Assembly (NCBI GenBank): GCA_964016885.1
Contig: OZ024741.1
Span: forward strand, 151,342,001 to 151,406,000
Source of the DNA: Eledone cirrhosa
Lineage: Eukaryota
Length of the DNA: 64,000 nt
Reading direction: 5' to 3'
The position numbers and the translations under genes are program-made. This document shows, piece after piece, positions 12,433 through 27,049 of the stretch. Below the pieces are notes generated by a model, which was not told the DNA's origin, did not search any database, and was given only the letters and a program-made list of their open reading frames with translations. Within the stretch, counting starts at the first letter, position 1; each line of letters begins with the position of its first letter.

Positions 12433-13495
12433 CATTTGCAACCACGCAGCACGCCATGTTTTCATATTCACATATATATATTTTCCTACGCTGTGACCCG
12501 TCTGTTTCTTTCTTACTGCTTCCTCTTTTCTCTGTATCTCTCACTTCCCTTTACCCCCTCTCTGTTAGCCTCTTCCTCACATTTTGCTCACTCACTCACT
12601 CTCTGCTACTCCCTCTCCTACTTCCTCCCGTTTGGCCTGTGCGACATTCTTTCCTCACGCACACTTTGACCAGGCCGGTTGTTCTTTATTCTCTCTCGTC
12701 TACGATTTCACAGAACTTATGTTCACTGATTTCAGGGATTTGACTCCTTCTTCCTCCCGTTTGACCTGTGCGAAATTCTTTCCTTGCTCACATTTCGACC
12801 AGGTTTGATGGTCTTTAAAGCGATGAAATACCAATGAAGCTTGGAAGAACACTGATGAAGGACTAAATTTATTCATATATATATATATTTGTAATTCAAG
12901 ACAAACACAGATGCAAAAGCACAAAGTCTTATTAGTTTCACAGTTGGAAAGAAGTAAATGGAGTTTTCAATGTATCGGACAGTGTGTGTGTTTGTGTGTG
13001 TGTGTGTGAGTGTGTGTGAGTGTGTGTGTTCGTGCGTGTGTGTGTGTATGTGTGGTGTGTGAGTGTGGGTGTGTGCGTGTGTGTATGTGTGTGCAGGTGA
13101 ATGTGTGCTCGCCTTTGAGTAAATAGATATAAAAGAAACTCAATAATAGTTTTGAAAGACAATTAGACACAATATAAACAGTGGGAAAAAAAGTAAATGA
13201 AAACAAACCATCTCGCTTATCTGTATGGAACACCTGAAATGTACTTCCCAGGTAGCATATTCTTTCCTCTTCTCGTTATTTATCTGTTTAAATATATTAA
13301 TCTCTAAAGAAAAGTAGGACTTGTATTGAAAGGTGTCGATAAAGCAGTGACGTTTACATCACTGTTTTTAGTGAGTAATGTACGTCGTGTCTAGATACAC
13401 GGTAAACACATTTGAACACTCAATTAATTCAATTTGAAACTTGATGGAATTCACTTGATTTGGAAGGCTGCTGCATCGGAAACGAGAGGCTATAT

Positions 13496-13653
13496 CAGGC
13501 ATGGGCAACCGTTTTCGAGCAGTGGGTCCCATAGGATATGGCTTATCATGAGGCGGGCCATGCTGCTAAAACATTCAATTTTGGAAGTAGGCGGGCCATT
13601 CAGAAAGCCAAACGGACCGCATGTGGCTCGTGGGTGCAGTTTGCCCATGTTTG
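13496..13653. mobile_element. hAT (Charlie-like) MITE
   Basis: TIRs CAGGCATGGGCAA / TTGCCCATGTTTG; related to 25322-25799. Confidence 0.7.
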
Positions 13654-13814
13654 GGTTTTTTATTCACTGCGATTGCGATACAGTGGAGAAGCAAGATATA
13701 AAATACACATGAATTCACCAATTCCGCATCTGTTATTCAACTAGAAAGTTTCTGATCCAATTTATATCCATTAAATTGATGTTTTTGTTAGACCTCTCTC
13801 AATTCGGATAGTAG

Positions 13815-14100
13815 GTTTTCCAGTGGCTCGAACCACGGAATATCTTCCGTGTGAATTTAATGTGGAACTCAGTGAGAATTCCATATACATGTGCACTCTT
13901 AATGCAATTCTTGGGGAGATTAAGCGAGACAAAGTGTATTACAAGCTGTGTTACAGGTTATCTCAGATTTGCAAGCTGAGTGGAATGGAACTACGTGAAA
14001 TACACTGTCTTGCTCAAAGACAAAGCGCCGTTGGAAACCAAAATTGAATTTACGGTAGTGAGACAAACACTGTAACCACTAAACCACGGGTCTTCACATT
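13815..14100 (-). mobile_element. Degenerate CORE-like tRNA SINE
   Basis: tgtcttgctcaaagaca and aaccactaaaccacg are reverse complements of the CORE and A-box motifs. Confidence 0.6.
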
Positions 14101-14751
14101 CCTATGAGGATAACCACACCAAAATAACACTAAATCTATTCCTAAAACTAACCAAAACGCTAAACGTAACTTCCAAGAAGTTTGACATAGACTCTAATCT
14201 CATTCTATGGTATTTTCAAAACACATTGCTTATCGAAAAGCAGAATATAAAGGAAACCACCTGACAGGATATGTGCTTCTGACACCATTATGCTATTACT
14301 ATTGTTTCTATATCAGCCGCACTTCAGCGGATACAGTTGCGGACTTTAATTACACAGCTACACACCTACTGAATGGCTAATAACAAAATCAGATGTATAG
14401 AAAATGGAATAAACGTTACCAATAGACTTCATTCAGTCTTTTACGGAAGCATAACAGAGTCTCTTACGTAAACGAATAAAGCCGGGAACGGGAAAAATGC
14501 CATCCCTTACGGTAATCACTTCGGTTTAGTACTGAAAAACTCACAGACCTTTACGGAAATATCAAAGGAAAGTAGATTAATGGAAAAAGTTCTTGTTTGT
14601 TACACTTTAGATAACAGTGAGGTATGTAATTATCTAACCTTATCTCATATTTTATCATATATTATGTTGTAAAGGCGAGTGAACGCTCGTAAGGTCGTGA
14701 GTTAGATTTCGGTGGAGCGTTGCAACTTTCTGTGAAACATTATATTATGCG

Positions 14752-14905
14752 TTGCTTTGACGCATTGAGTTACGACCCTTGCTATTCTGAGTTCAAATCC
14801 CGCCGAGGTTAACTTTGCCTTTCATCCTTACGGGGTCGATAAAATAAAGTACCAGTAATACACTGGGTAATTGCTGGCCTTGTGCCAAAAGTAGAAACAA
14901 TTATA
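14752..14905 (+). mobile_element. tRNA SINE, cephalopod-type family with gcctttcatcc...gtcgataaaataaagtacc domain, nested in an older CORE-like SINE
   Basis: B box gagttcaaatcc; the family recurs about 8 times in the window. Confidence 0.85.
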
Positions 14906-15209
14906 TTATGCGTTGCTCCAATCCCTTCAGCTGACAAAAAAGAGTTGTAAATATAATTTCAAAGAACTGTCCTTGTCACACAATATGTCATTCGAATCCC
15001 ATTGAGAATTACTTTAAGGGTGTACATGTTTGTGTAATACTGAACCACATGCACGTTAAATTCACGAACAGTTTTTTTCGTTGGCTGAACAATTAGAAGA
15101 CTTATTGGAATCATTGGAGGTCCGTCATACACACGGATTATATTATATTATATCTCTTTTTACGAATGGATGTCGGAACTTTAAAATGTTTACATTAATA
15201 GAATCTATA

Positions 15210-15335
15210 TGCGCGTGGCTGAGTGGTAAGAGAATTAGATTCGCAATCGTAAAGATGTGAGTTCAATTCCTGGACTGGGCGATACGTAATCTCCTTGAGC
15301 AAGATACTTTATTTCATGTTACTCCTTTTACCTGG
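15210..15335 (+). mobile_element. CORE-like tRNA SINE fragment
   Basis: tggctgagtgg, gagttcaattcc, tccttgagcaagatac. Confidence 0.7.
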
Positions 15336-15597
15336 AGCTACGACCGATAGATAGTATTAATAATTGGAAAGACCAACGGAAACATTGTTTCCTCGCTCCG
15401 ATTTGACGGAAGTCGATCGACTGTCGATATATATCCGTATGTGGTTGACGGCTGAGAGAAACGAGTACGTCAAAGTAAAGTTTTAATATTTATTTATATT
15501 AAGGCTAAAAGATGAGTCTTATTACGCTGGAGTTTCGCCCTGGTAACTTGTGATAAACAGGCCAAACAAAACTCACTTTTTAACCTTAATATAAATC

Positions 15598-15783
15598 ATT
15601 GGCAGTATCGGTAGAGGGTCGGACGCTATGCTTTGACGCATAGAGTTACGGCCCTTTCCATTCTGAGTTCAAATCCCGCCGAGGTAAACTTCGCCTTTCA
15701 TCCTTACGGGGTCGATAAAATAAAGTACCAGTAATTCATTGGGTAATTGCTGGCCTTGTACCAAAAGTAGAAACAATTATATT
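15598..15783 (+). mobile_element. tRNA SINE (same family as 14752)
   Basis: ttggcagtatcggtagagggtcggacg...agtagaaacaattat. Confidence 0.9.
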
Positions 15784-15804
15784 AGATCACATTTTAACGC
15801 TATT

Positions 15805-15935
15805 GGTAACATGTAACCCAGTACAACCTGTCACATGGTCGGGCAACTAAAGAGATAATCCCACCAAGCTTCCTTGATGAGGAGGATGATTTTGGACATC
15901 CCGCATGATGAAAAACAAACAGCCCCTCTAGACAG
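15805..15935 (+). repeat. Dispersed repeat (copies at ~39700-39865 and ~41708-41825), probably an RTE 5' end or RTE-derived SINE
   Basis: Shared caccaag...tgaggagg.tga.tttggaca.cc.gc. Confidence 0.6.
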
Positions 15936-16414
15936 CTATTATGTGTGAGCGTATCGATGTATATAGCAATTCATATATATTTTGTACATCCCCTATGTTG
16001 GTTAGTTCAGGCGCGCACGCTCACTCACACATCCACACTCTCACAGCAACCAGCTTGTCACAGTCCAACACTCATGCTTTAAACCTACGAATACACCTAC
16101 ACACGCGTCACAGACGGACGAACATCCGCATACACACATGTCCACTCTATATACACAATGATTAGCTCCCTCACTAAGCCTCTCTAATGCATAAGGCACC
16201 CCTTGACCAGCAAATCTCCAAATTGGCTGACTGAATACAGGCAGGTGTTTATTTTCATTTTTCTCCATTCCTTCCTCTTTTCACTCTTTATCTTTCTATT
16301 TCATTGTTCTTTTCAAATTCTATGAAGGGCTAGTGTCCGAAACGTTAAAACATTTCCTTTATTTCAAGCATTAAACTAATATATTTGTATCGTTTACACA
16401 CACACACACACATA

Positions 16415-16508
<94 letters not shown>

Positions 16509-16642
16509 CAAGTATAATATTATTTCTCGACCTAGCACAGCTGATATATAAATGTAAGTATGCATACGTACACAAATATATATATACATATACATATGTA
16601 AGCATGGGTTATATCGAACATTAATAGTCGAATATTAACATT

Positions 16643-16832
16643 AATTGTTTCTACTTTTGGCACAAGGCCAGCAATTATCCAGTGCATTACTGGTACTTTA
16701 TTTTATCGACCCCATAAGGATGAAAGGCAAAGTTAACCTCGGCGGGATTTGAACTCAGAATGGCAAGGGCCGTAACTCTATGCGTCAAAGCATGGCGTCC
16801 AACCCTCTACCGATACTGCCAATTCACCGCCC
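16643..16832 (-). mobile_element. tRNA SINE (same family as 14752)
   Basis: Full-length reverse complement of 15598-15783. Confidence 0.9.
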
Positions 16833-16879
16833 TAAATATTAACATTAATATTCGATATATGTGTGTACGTATGTATACT

Positions 16880-16928
<49 letters not shown>

Positions 16929-17418
16929 GCACGCACACGCACACGCACACGCACACACACACACATATATATATATATATACATCAATATATATGTGTGT
17001 GTGAAATAGAGAAAATTCACGAACATACGAAATATATTTTCTTCTTCCAAATTTGTTGTTGCTAACAAATGCAGGCTTGTAAGGAAAACAAGAAAACCAA
17101 AAAGAAAAAGAAAGAAAATCATGGCCACACATTCAATATCCAACCATAACAATATATACTAAATAACAAGATATCATTAGCTATTGATTGGTTTAGCAGA
17201 CGTTAAGATCAGCAGAAGAAATAATAATAATAACGGTTAGAGGAAAAAGGAACCTGATCAAAAGATTGCAAAGAACTCACTCTAAATACCAGGATATAGT
17301 TGGATATAGTTTTCCCAGTTATTAACACGTACTCATAATGCTCATTATGTGGAGGATTTATAAATTAGGTGTAGTTGAAAGCCATGGAAACAAACACATA
17401 CGTACGTACATATATATC

Positions 17419-17561
<143 letters not shown>

Positions 17562-17639
17562 GCATGTGTGTGTGTGTGTATATATATAGACATACACACA
17601 CAGATAAGTCATACATTACATTTCAACTTTCAGTCCAAA

Positions 17640-18190
17640 GAAATATACCCACACAACTAAACTTGCCTATCTTACTAAAATACAACCAAATGAAAACTAT
17701 CTTACAAAAATATCCAATCATAAAAAGTAAATGACGACCAAAATTACTAAAAAAAAAGGGATACTAACGAATGCAAAACTGCAAACCGTTACTAAAGTGC
17801 CCGAAGTAAAACGGTGCCATCGACCTCACTGTAATGTATGCAACTATCTGTTAGAGGGCAATGAATTTAATTTTAAAATAAAAAAAATGACTTATCTTGC
17901 AACTCGAAGAATCAATTATTCATTGTAACGTGTAAAGGCTGCCACAAACATTATATTGGACAAACATGCACTTCTCTGCAGCGTCAAATGGCAGTTCAAC
18001 GCCAACAAATCAGTGACCTGCACACCAGAAAGATTCACCTAAGGCAACATATAGAGAAATGTGAAGGACGAATTCTGCCAAATTTCGATGACTTCCTATT
18101 CTACCAGTGTAGCGAACATTTCACCCAGGAAAAATGTATTCATAAGAAAAGATTCTTCGTAAGTAAATTCAAGGCTAAATTCAAATTTTA
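17640..18190 (+). pseudogene. PLE GIY-YIG endonuclease remnant
   Basis: CHRPHCNVC, then after a frameshift IVTCKGCHKHYIGQT and HLRQHIEKC. Confidence 0.8.
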
Positions 18191-18499
18191 TCACACACAA
18201 AATTCTTTTTTACGTCGATTGTAAGAACCGTATTCTCCTCGATATAAGCGACACAGATAAAACCAGTTGCGTCCCTTGTGTTCAACAGGACCATAAGAGC
18301 CCGACCACGTGAACTGCACAGAAACAAAAATCTTTTTGAAAAAGCTGTAAACCCAGCTGAAACTGGTAAAAGTAAACAAAAATACATCAATAAACAAAAA
18401 TTTACTTGGCACACGAGAATAACATCAATCCAATCTTAATTTATCCCTTTTTTGCCCCAGTGAAGTAATTCGGTAGTTCTTTCAAAATTTCTGAATAAA

Positions 18500-19255
18500 A
18501 ACCCATTGCTTTATTGTAATTGAGCTTTTTTTACAACTGCTGCAATATCATCTTGTATTGGCTCAACGGGCATCTCTTGGACAACCGGAAGATCAACCAT
18601 TTCCTCAATTATTCTCATATTTACATTTGATCGTCTATTGAGAATATTAGAATAGTGCTGTAGCTATCGATTTTGTATGGATGTGACATTAGTAAAGAGA
18701 CATTGGCCATCAACAGATCTCACTGGCGATATAGACGTTGATCTAGAGCAAAACAACTTTTACAGAATAAAAGGCTTTTGTATCTCTGCGGTCTATGGCA
18801 GCTTGCCATTTTTGCCTTTTGGTGCCGCCACTTACCTTTCATTTATCGGAGATTATGAATCTTTAATTTAATAGATTTTTTTTATCGTATCATTTGAAAT
18901 TCTCCCATGGATTGATTTTGTTCAGGTGAGACACATCTTATTGCATCACAAAAATTTTGCAATAAAGTAGAGAAATGAAGGTGTGCTATGGTAATACTCT
19001 TTGGTACACTAGAGCCTCCCTTTCTAGCCTTGACCTGGATTGGAAAATGAAATTTCCTTCGCACTAGCCTATGGTCTGTCGAAAATTCTGATCCTCTCAT
19101 AACTCAGATACTGTAGATATTTTTCAAGTCTGATTGGCATACCAAGAATTAGTCAATAAGAAGCCAGTGCCTAGACCTAGGATGAATCCAGGTTGTTTTA
19201 TAATTATTGTTTTGCTAAAGGAAGGTATTTACTATCACAAGCCGATATTCAGTGC
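18500..19255 (-). pseudogene. RTE APE-endonuclease / RT-linker remnant
   Basis: KTTWIHPRSRHWLLID..MRGSEFSTDHRLV and HYSNILNRRS. Confidence 0.8.
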
Positions 19256-19879
19256 AAATCATAACGGTGACAGCGAGGCTTGAGCAGGTGATATCAGCTG
19301 TGGTAGAATGTTTCACGTCTGCAGTGGCCTAGTATTCACTTTGGTTTTAGACATGGCTCTTTGAAGATCTGTTGTGCCAGCATAGCGAATGCTCTTGTAA
19401 CTCATCTGTTCTGGTGTCGCTATATCGTTGTACAGCAAGGTAGAGAAACTTGTACAGGATCTCCGACGGGAAAAGAGCTAGTTGATGGGAATATACTATT
19501 TGGATGTGCTTCTGGATACCAATCTCACATTTTACGCTTTATAGATGATCATGTCAATGATGATGAAGGTTTCAATCAGACCAGTTCCAACACTGCAGTG
19601 TAAATTGACTGTGCCAGGATCAGGTGTTGATTATTGTTGTTCGATGATCACTTGGAGGAAATTCAAAACCGATTCTGGATCTGAGTGAATGTCGTAGTTT
19701 GGCCAGAAAATGGTAGTGGTAGTTCCTTGTTGGACCTTCTGTCTTCGTGCTATACATCTGTGACACCTCAAACTCCTTGATGATGTACTGTATAACGTAT
19801 AAATATATATATATATATACTTTCATAAATGAAGTTGCATCCAAACCAAAGGATGCAGAGGACAAACATAACGGAAAAC

Positions 19880-21190
19880 AACCAACCTATTTCATATGAA
19901 GATAAAAAGATAAAAAGAGGAAAATAATTCTAGAAACTCACAAAATCATCATAAGTAAAGGACTTTCCCCAAACTAAAACATTCTTACTAGTGCAAAAAC
20001 CCACAAACAAATCTTCAACTCCACTGTTACAAAATGCGGAAGAAGAAATTGTGGCACCTGTTTATTTTTGAAGGGCCAGATTTCAAATTTAAGAATGTAA
20101 AAACCATCAGAATAAAAGAAAATTTCACCCGCAATGTGGAAAACCTCATCGATGTGATTACATACTGTGGATATCTAAAAATGTACATAGGACAGACGGG
20201 TATATTACGCAAAATAATGACCATACACCGTCAATCCATGATAAAAACACGAAACAAATGCCCCTAATTATACACATTGCAACAAGTGCAGGATTAGACA
20301 TATCCAACATCAAAATCTTCCATGTTTACAAATGCTCAGACTCTTTCACTCAACAAAGAAGAAACACAATTGATATAAAACACAATTAAATATGTAATTG
20401 TTCCCCATGCGACAACAAATTGTGCTCTCTAGAAGCAATTTCCACACATGTACGCAAGCATTTGCAGCAACACACCACAATAAAAGGAAAAATCGTTCTA
20501 CTGAAAACCTTTTCCACTACATCTTTCCTCTTTTTTCCTTTTTTACTCCCTTTTTTCCCCCTTCTTCTACAAATCCTTCAGAAACCTATCGTTTGTCCTC
20601 CTCAAAGACGCCTTTCAATCATTTTTATACCTATATATATATGTATATATATATTTCTATTTCTATTTTTATTTTTACTGCCCTTATTCTTGCTTTTATC
20701 TGCAAAACCTAAAAATAATCTTCATCTCTTGATACAAGGGAACGCCACGTACGCACACACACACAAACAGACCACAAGATAAAATAAATATTCTATATCC
20801 ACTCTTAACTATTTTAGCTTACCTAAAAATAACCTGACATTTTGACACACACCTTTGAAACAATTGAACCCTACTTAATTGCTGACACACACGCACGCAC
20901 ACACACGCACATCATAAATGCATTCTGGACTATTATTATGACTATAAAAAGAATTTTCTCTTTCAACAAAGTCAATTCAATTGAATTCTGACCTGTTGAA
21001 CTCTACTTCCACCTTCACTACCCAACCTTCATAAAGAACATATATATATGTAGGAAGAAATTTTGAAAGATAATTTACATATATTCTAAGTGCACACAAA
21101 AACGTTTTTTCATATTTGATAAGATTGATATACCAATCGAAACCGGTAATATTTGACAAAATGTATATCCACTTAATGTAACAAATATAA
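19880..21190 (+). mobile_element. PLE remnant: GIY-YIG fragment (~19970-20350), with a probable 3' UTR ending in an HHR
   Basis: KCGRRNCGTC, VITYCGYLKMYIGQTG; HHR at 21112-21152 (linkage inferred). Confidence 0.65.
21112..21152 (+). ncRNA. Minimal type I HHR with U3-A8 core variant
   Basis: ATAT-TTGATAA-GATTG ATATAC CAATC-GAAAC CG GTA-ATAT. Confidence 0.7.
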
Positions 21191-21266
21191 AATGATTCAT
21201 TCTGTCAGGTTAAAGAAAAAAGTAATCTTTAAATATACCTCCGTGCCTTTTTACTTTTACCGTTTA

Positions 21267-21645
<379 letters not shown>

Positions 21646-21762
21646 ACGTGAAGCTCAGGGCAAGGAATGAAGTACCATCCGCACTTATCAAACTAATGTA
21701 TACAATCTACTTCATGTATTAAACATCTTTCTCCTTTCTCATGAAAAGCTTTTGCTAATCTT

Positions 21763-21818
<56 letters not shown>

Positions 21819-21978
21819 GTATCATCTTTGACCGCCGGTCAGTCAATGGCAACATTGAGGACCGAATAAGTTAGATCGCAGATATAAAAGACAGCGAGAA
21901 GCGAAAACCAACCAAACAGTGAGTCTGTTCTGTTATTAATTCTGGCAATATTACGCAAATATGACCCTCCCCAAATAT

Positions 21979-22015
<37 letters not shown>

Positions 22016-22573
22016 CTATTATAGTAATATTTGCTTTTATGACCATGCTTTAATATTTTAAATGTACACTTATATTTTTATTTTTTATTTTATACTTTAT
22101 ACAGCTCCCAGAGTATATGTTTTTATCAACATCAATTTGAAAAATGTAAATCAATATAGTAAAAGAGGAAAAAGTAATTTATAGGCACCAAATTTAACTT
22201 ACCTGATTTGTATCCACCAGGGAATCTTTTTCTAGTTTATATGTAAATATAATGCATCTTGACCCTTTTATATCGTTTACTGTGCAGCTGTATCTTATAG
22301 AAAGGTGTTGCGGTTATTGTCACTGTTTCAGTTTAATCTACTGCAAAATAAATTAGATGGAAAAACAAAATTTAAAACTATAATGCTGAAAGGCAAAAAG
22401 ATAAATTTCTCGAAATATTTTTCTTCTGAATTTATTGTGCAAACCAAACAAAAAGACACTCCAGCATACACTCATACTTGATATATTAAGAATAAAAAAA
22501 TAATTCTGGATATTGAATTCATAGTCTGTTAGTTAATTATTTAATTGTGCCAAAAGGGGTTTGGAATGCATGT

Positions 22574-22715
<142 letters not shown>

Positions 22716-22789
22716 TGGGCTTTTTTTCATTATTGTGGATTTTTTCCCCATTTTCGTGAGAGTTCCTTGTTCTTTGTTCGTGGCACTAT

Positions 22790-23800
22790 AGATCCTCAGC
22801 GGTTCTAGACAATCACAGTCCCATCTTCTGGATAAAGGGACTTTGGATTTGGATTCTGACTTTAGAATTTTTATAGTAGATTATGTCAATGTAATTGGTT
22901 TAAGAATACTAATTTTTTTACTATAAGATTTATTCGTAATTAGTCCAATGTATATCTTTCTTTGTGGCTGGTGAATGTTGTCTGTTATTTTACCATTGTG
23001 CTGTAGTATGAGTATTTATTCCTACATTTATCCTCTATTTATGTATGGTGTAGATGCGTTGTTTACTAATATTGTCCTTTTTGTATGGTTTGATGTAAGG
23101 CTCTGCAATTGCACGTTCCTGTAATCACATGACCAATTGACAAGAGACTAGCGTACTTGTATGTCTAATATAACTTTGGTGTTGCGAGGTTTACAACTTC
23201 AACGAATGTAATCGAATGTATGAAGCTCTTGGTCATTTGTAGCTTGTTCTTGGGTTTTATAATTATCGGAAGATTTATAATTTATTGTTTTGTATCATAT
23301 TACTATAGCATTGTTTTATATTATGAGATATTGGTTGTATATTTTGTACGTTTTTAATAGATGTTGTATCGGATGCATTTGTTATTGTGTTTTACGGCTT
23401 CTCCTATTCGTTTATTAGAATAACCGTTGTATTATGCAGTGGATTTCGTAATATTATACTTCGTTTGTGAAGGGGTATCTAAATAATCTTCCAAATTAAC
23501 GATTTTGTCATTGATACTTCGTATATGTGTGAACATTCACTATCCTCGTGTAATAGCGTAAACAAATGTGATTTAGCTTTTGTATACTATGTGAATACTT
23601 ATATCTGGGAAAGGAGATATATTACTAAAAGTTTTATTTGTATCAGTGTAGATAGTGAATTTTCGTTCAGCATGGTTTAGTAGTTCCTCTTTTAGTTTTA
23701 GACTAAACATTACATAAACATTACAAGTATCTCGTCCAAGTGTCTGGTTTATGTTTTCTTTCCATTTGTTTTCTATTCTGTGTACGTTCACAGCATATCA
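22790..23800 (-). pseudogene. Highly decayed PLE (Naiad-like) reverse transcriptase
   Basis: LKEELLNHA..ISIHIVYKSKSHLF..YEVSM and NTKVIRH resemble PLE RT segments ISEELL.KAL / RKSLLF / FDVTMG / HPPKVIRH. Confidence 0.5.
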
Positions 23801-25321
23801 CGAAACTATTTCTAACAGATCTAGGTAGATACATGTGATTATGTACAGTGTTAAGTATACCGACAGCTAGTACACACCATGGTATGGCTGTGTTTAAGTA
23901 GTTGCCTTCATCACCATATGGTTCGGAGTTCAATCCCATTGCATGACGCCATTCGAAAATATTTTCTTTCATATATTCCAGCAAAAATGTTTGTGATTGA
24001 AGCAAAAATATTTCTGATTGAAATCAGTCTGGCACCTTGTTGAGAAGATTATGGCTTTTGTTCAGTGGTCGATGTCTTCTGTCAGACAGTTTAGCATGGA
24101 GGGCTTTTTAACTCAATCTACTTTGTTGTAAATATTTGCAACAGGTTTTTGAGTCGGGTATAATACTTCCTCTCTTTTATCCTACTCAAAGGTCCTTAAC
24201 AATGACGTGGACGCCACCCATCGTTCTTTAACTAAGCCAGAAAAGATATGAAATGAATGAAATCATTTGAACTAAAGATTTATAGAAACAGGAGCTCTTA
24301 AATGAGTTTCTTTTTTATTGTTTCTCCACTTCTCTCTGTCTTTCTATCTCTCCTCTATCTCCCGTGTCTTCTTCCCACCCACGCTGTCTGTCTCTCTTTG
24401 TCTATGTTTTGTAATTTTTAGTTTCAATGAAAATTCGATATTGCAACTCTAACAATAAGAAGAGCCATATGCTAATGAATGACCAGAATAGCCGGAGGAG
24501 GAGCGGAGGAGGAGAAAGTGAGTGGGGGACAAGGAGTGTGTGTGTGTGCAAAAAACTAAATTAATATAATTAAAAATAAAAGTCGAAAAGGAAGCCAAAG
24601 AAAGACCCACAAGTAGAAGAAAGAGAATTTAAAACAAAACATCCTTTGTTTTATTGCAATACTACTACAATGACATTACCATCAACAACAACAATAACAG
24701 CAATAGCAACATTGACATCAACACCCACAACAATATCAATAAGAATATCGCAATGAAAACCATATCGGCAGTAACAACACGAAGATCATCAACAACAATA
24801 ACAAGAACAGAAACAGCAATAATAATAATAGGAACAACAATATAAATTCAACAGCAACTACAATATTAATAAATAAATTAGCAATGAAAACCGCATGAAC
24901 AATAACAATAATGACATCAACAGCATAACAATAACAACAATAAGAACATTAATAAAAAGGAAAAAAAGGACACAAAATCAATGTCACGTGTAGCTATAGA
25001 AGAAAATAACGAAAATGAATTAGAAGAATAAAAATCTAACGTCTAAATATTTCAGTCTAACGTATTTCATAAAAGCATTGAAAAAAAAAGTTGCATGGAG
25101 TATATTTGATGAGAGTAATTCCGGTCATCAGGGCCCTGTCATTTAAAGGGTACATCGAGGATTACATTATTCAATATCTCTTTAAGAGAGTACAGTCTGA
25201 TTTAAGAGTGTACAGGCTGCTATTTGTAACAAGAGTTGTATAACAGAGGCCTATATGATGGCATACACGATACGTTTATGTTCAATATACATACAGGCGT
25301 CTCACTATGAATGATTTAAGA

Positions 25322-25799
25322 CAGTCATGGGCAACCTTTTTAGAGAAGCGGGCCGCGTGAGATATGGACAATCATCAGGCAGGCCGCAACCACTAATTTA
25401 CATACGTGCCCACATTTTAAAAAAAAGGGTGAAAACTCAGTTTGTTTTGATTTGTTTCTTCAGAATTCGTACACGTTGTTTTCCTCGATCGTAAAAATAA
25501 TTGTTTCTACTTTTGGCACAAGGCCAGCAATTATCCCAGTGTATTACTGGTACTTTATTTTATCGACCCTGTAAGGATGAAAAGAAAAGTTAACCTCGGC
25601 GGCATTTGAACTCAGATAATAAAGGGAGGTAACTCTATGCTTCAAAGCATGGCGTCCGACCCTCTACCGATACTGCCAATCCAAATAATAAGATAAATTA
25701 CGACTGAAAAGTTGGGGTAAAAAAATCAGAAAGATTTCACTTAGGTGATTTAGGTGAGCCATTCGGGAAGCTTCGCGGGCCGCAGGTTGCCCATAACTG
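25322..25799. mobile_element. hAT MITE with 8-bp TSD and a nested SINE (25497-25683, minus)
   Basis: TIRs CAGTCATGGGCAACCT / AGGTTGCCCATAACTG; TSD ATTTAAGA at 25314-25321 and 25800-25807. Confidence 0.9.
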
Positions 25800-26080
25800 A
25801 TTTAAGATGTGATCATCTAAGTAGCCGGAAGAATGCCAAACACATGTTTCTGGATTTTATCTATAATCGGTGGCATTTACTTACTTGGCACTCAGACAAG
25901 AATAAACTACAAGCTTATATGCTTTTGTGCGCGTGAAACATTGGCAGGGTAAGCTAATTTACATATAGTAGAAAATAAAACATCAGCTAGAGAGACTTTT
26001 CCCTATTATGAATTACAACAGGATAGTGCTGCTGCTAATTAATCCTGACCAGTCAACCCCACACATACATATACATACAT

Positions 26081-26650
26081 ACTACCCCCTATGAGACACG
26101 ATGCGATAGCTAGAACCACCTGGAAGGCATTAAGGAAAACAAAATTAAAACCAAATGATTAGGAATATGTTGAGATAACTGACACTAAGGAATACTGGTG
26201 GAACCTGAAAATTGCCACCAAATTAAAGCACAAACGGCCTGAAATTGTTGTTTGGGACCACACATTGAAAACGTACTCTGTATAGATCAGCTGCCCAATT
26301 GATGTCAACGTTGTAAGAAAAATACATGAGAAGGAGGACATCTACCGACCATTGATTAGGAGTTTGCAGACCCAGTATCCAAGATACACCTTCAGCTTTA
26401 TACCCATAATTATTGGAGCTACAGGTTATATACCAGCCCGCTTGGACCAAAGTATGACTGAACTTGGATTTGTGAATAAAGAGCGCAGTTCCCTAATTCA
26501 TAGACTACTAATGGCCACGATATCTGGCACCTTCAACATTTGCAAATTATTCTTGCGATTCAAGGGATGACAATTTCTTTTCTTTTGCAACCTTGCCACC
26601 AGGAAGGTGGCCGGTCAAAAATGTACACGAAATTTAGAGAACGAGAAACC
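26081..26650 (+). mobile_element. R4/Dong-type (RLE) LINE 3' end
   Basis: MRHDAIA..EYWWNLKI..HKRPEIVVWD..FIPIIIGATG; flanked by (CATA)n on both sides. Confidence 0.85.
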
Positions 26651-27049
26651 TACATACATACATATATATACATACATATATACATACATACATGCATACA
26701 TACATACGTATGCACTTAGGCGTGTTTGTGTAATTAGGAGTATATACACACATGTATTCGTGATTGAGTCTTTGTCTATGTACATGTTTGTGTATTAGAA
26801 GAGACTTTCAAGTATAAAACTATAAAACCATAAAACCGGAAAGCCATGCATATTATCCTAAAAAAAAAAGTTTTCAAAACATTGTGACGTAAATGTGATA
26901 TTAGAAAGGATATCCTTAAGGATATCACTTTGTTATTACATCAAAGCACAACAGGCTGTTTTATTATCTGTGTGGGTCTGTATGCATATATGCATATATG
27001 TATGTATATATGTATGTTATGTATGTATGTATATATGTATGTATGTATG

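Noticed and set aside
14250-14626. Possible exon ending at GAG|GTATGT
   Set aside because: Stops in the plus frames examined and no clear acceptor; cannot be supported
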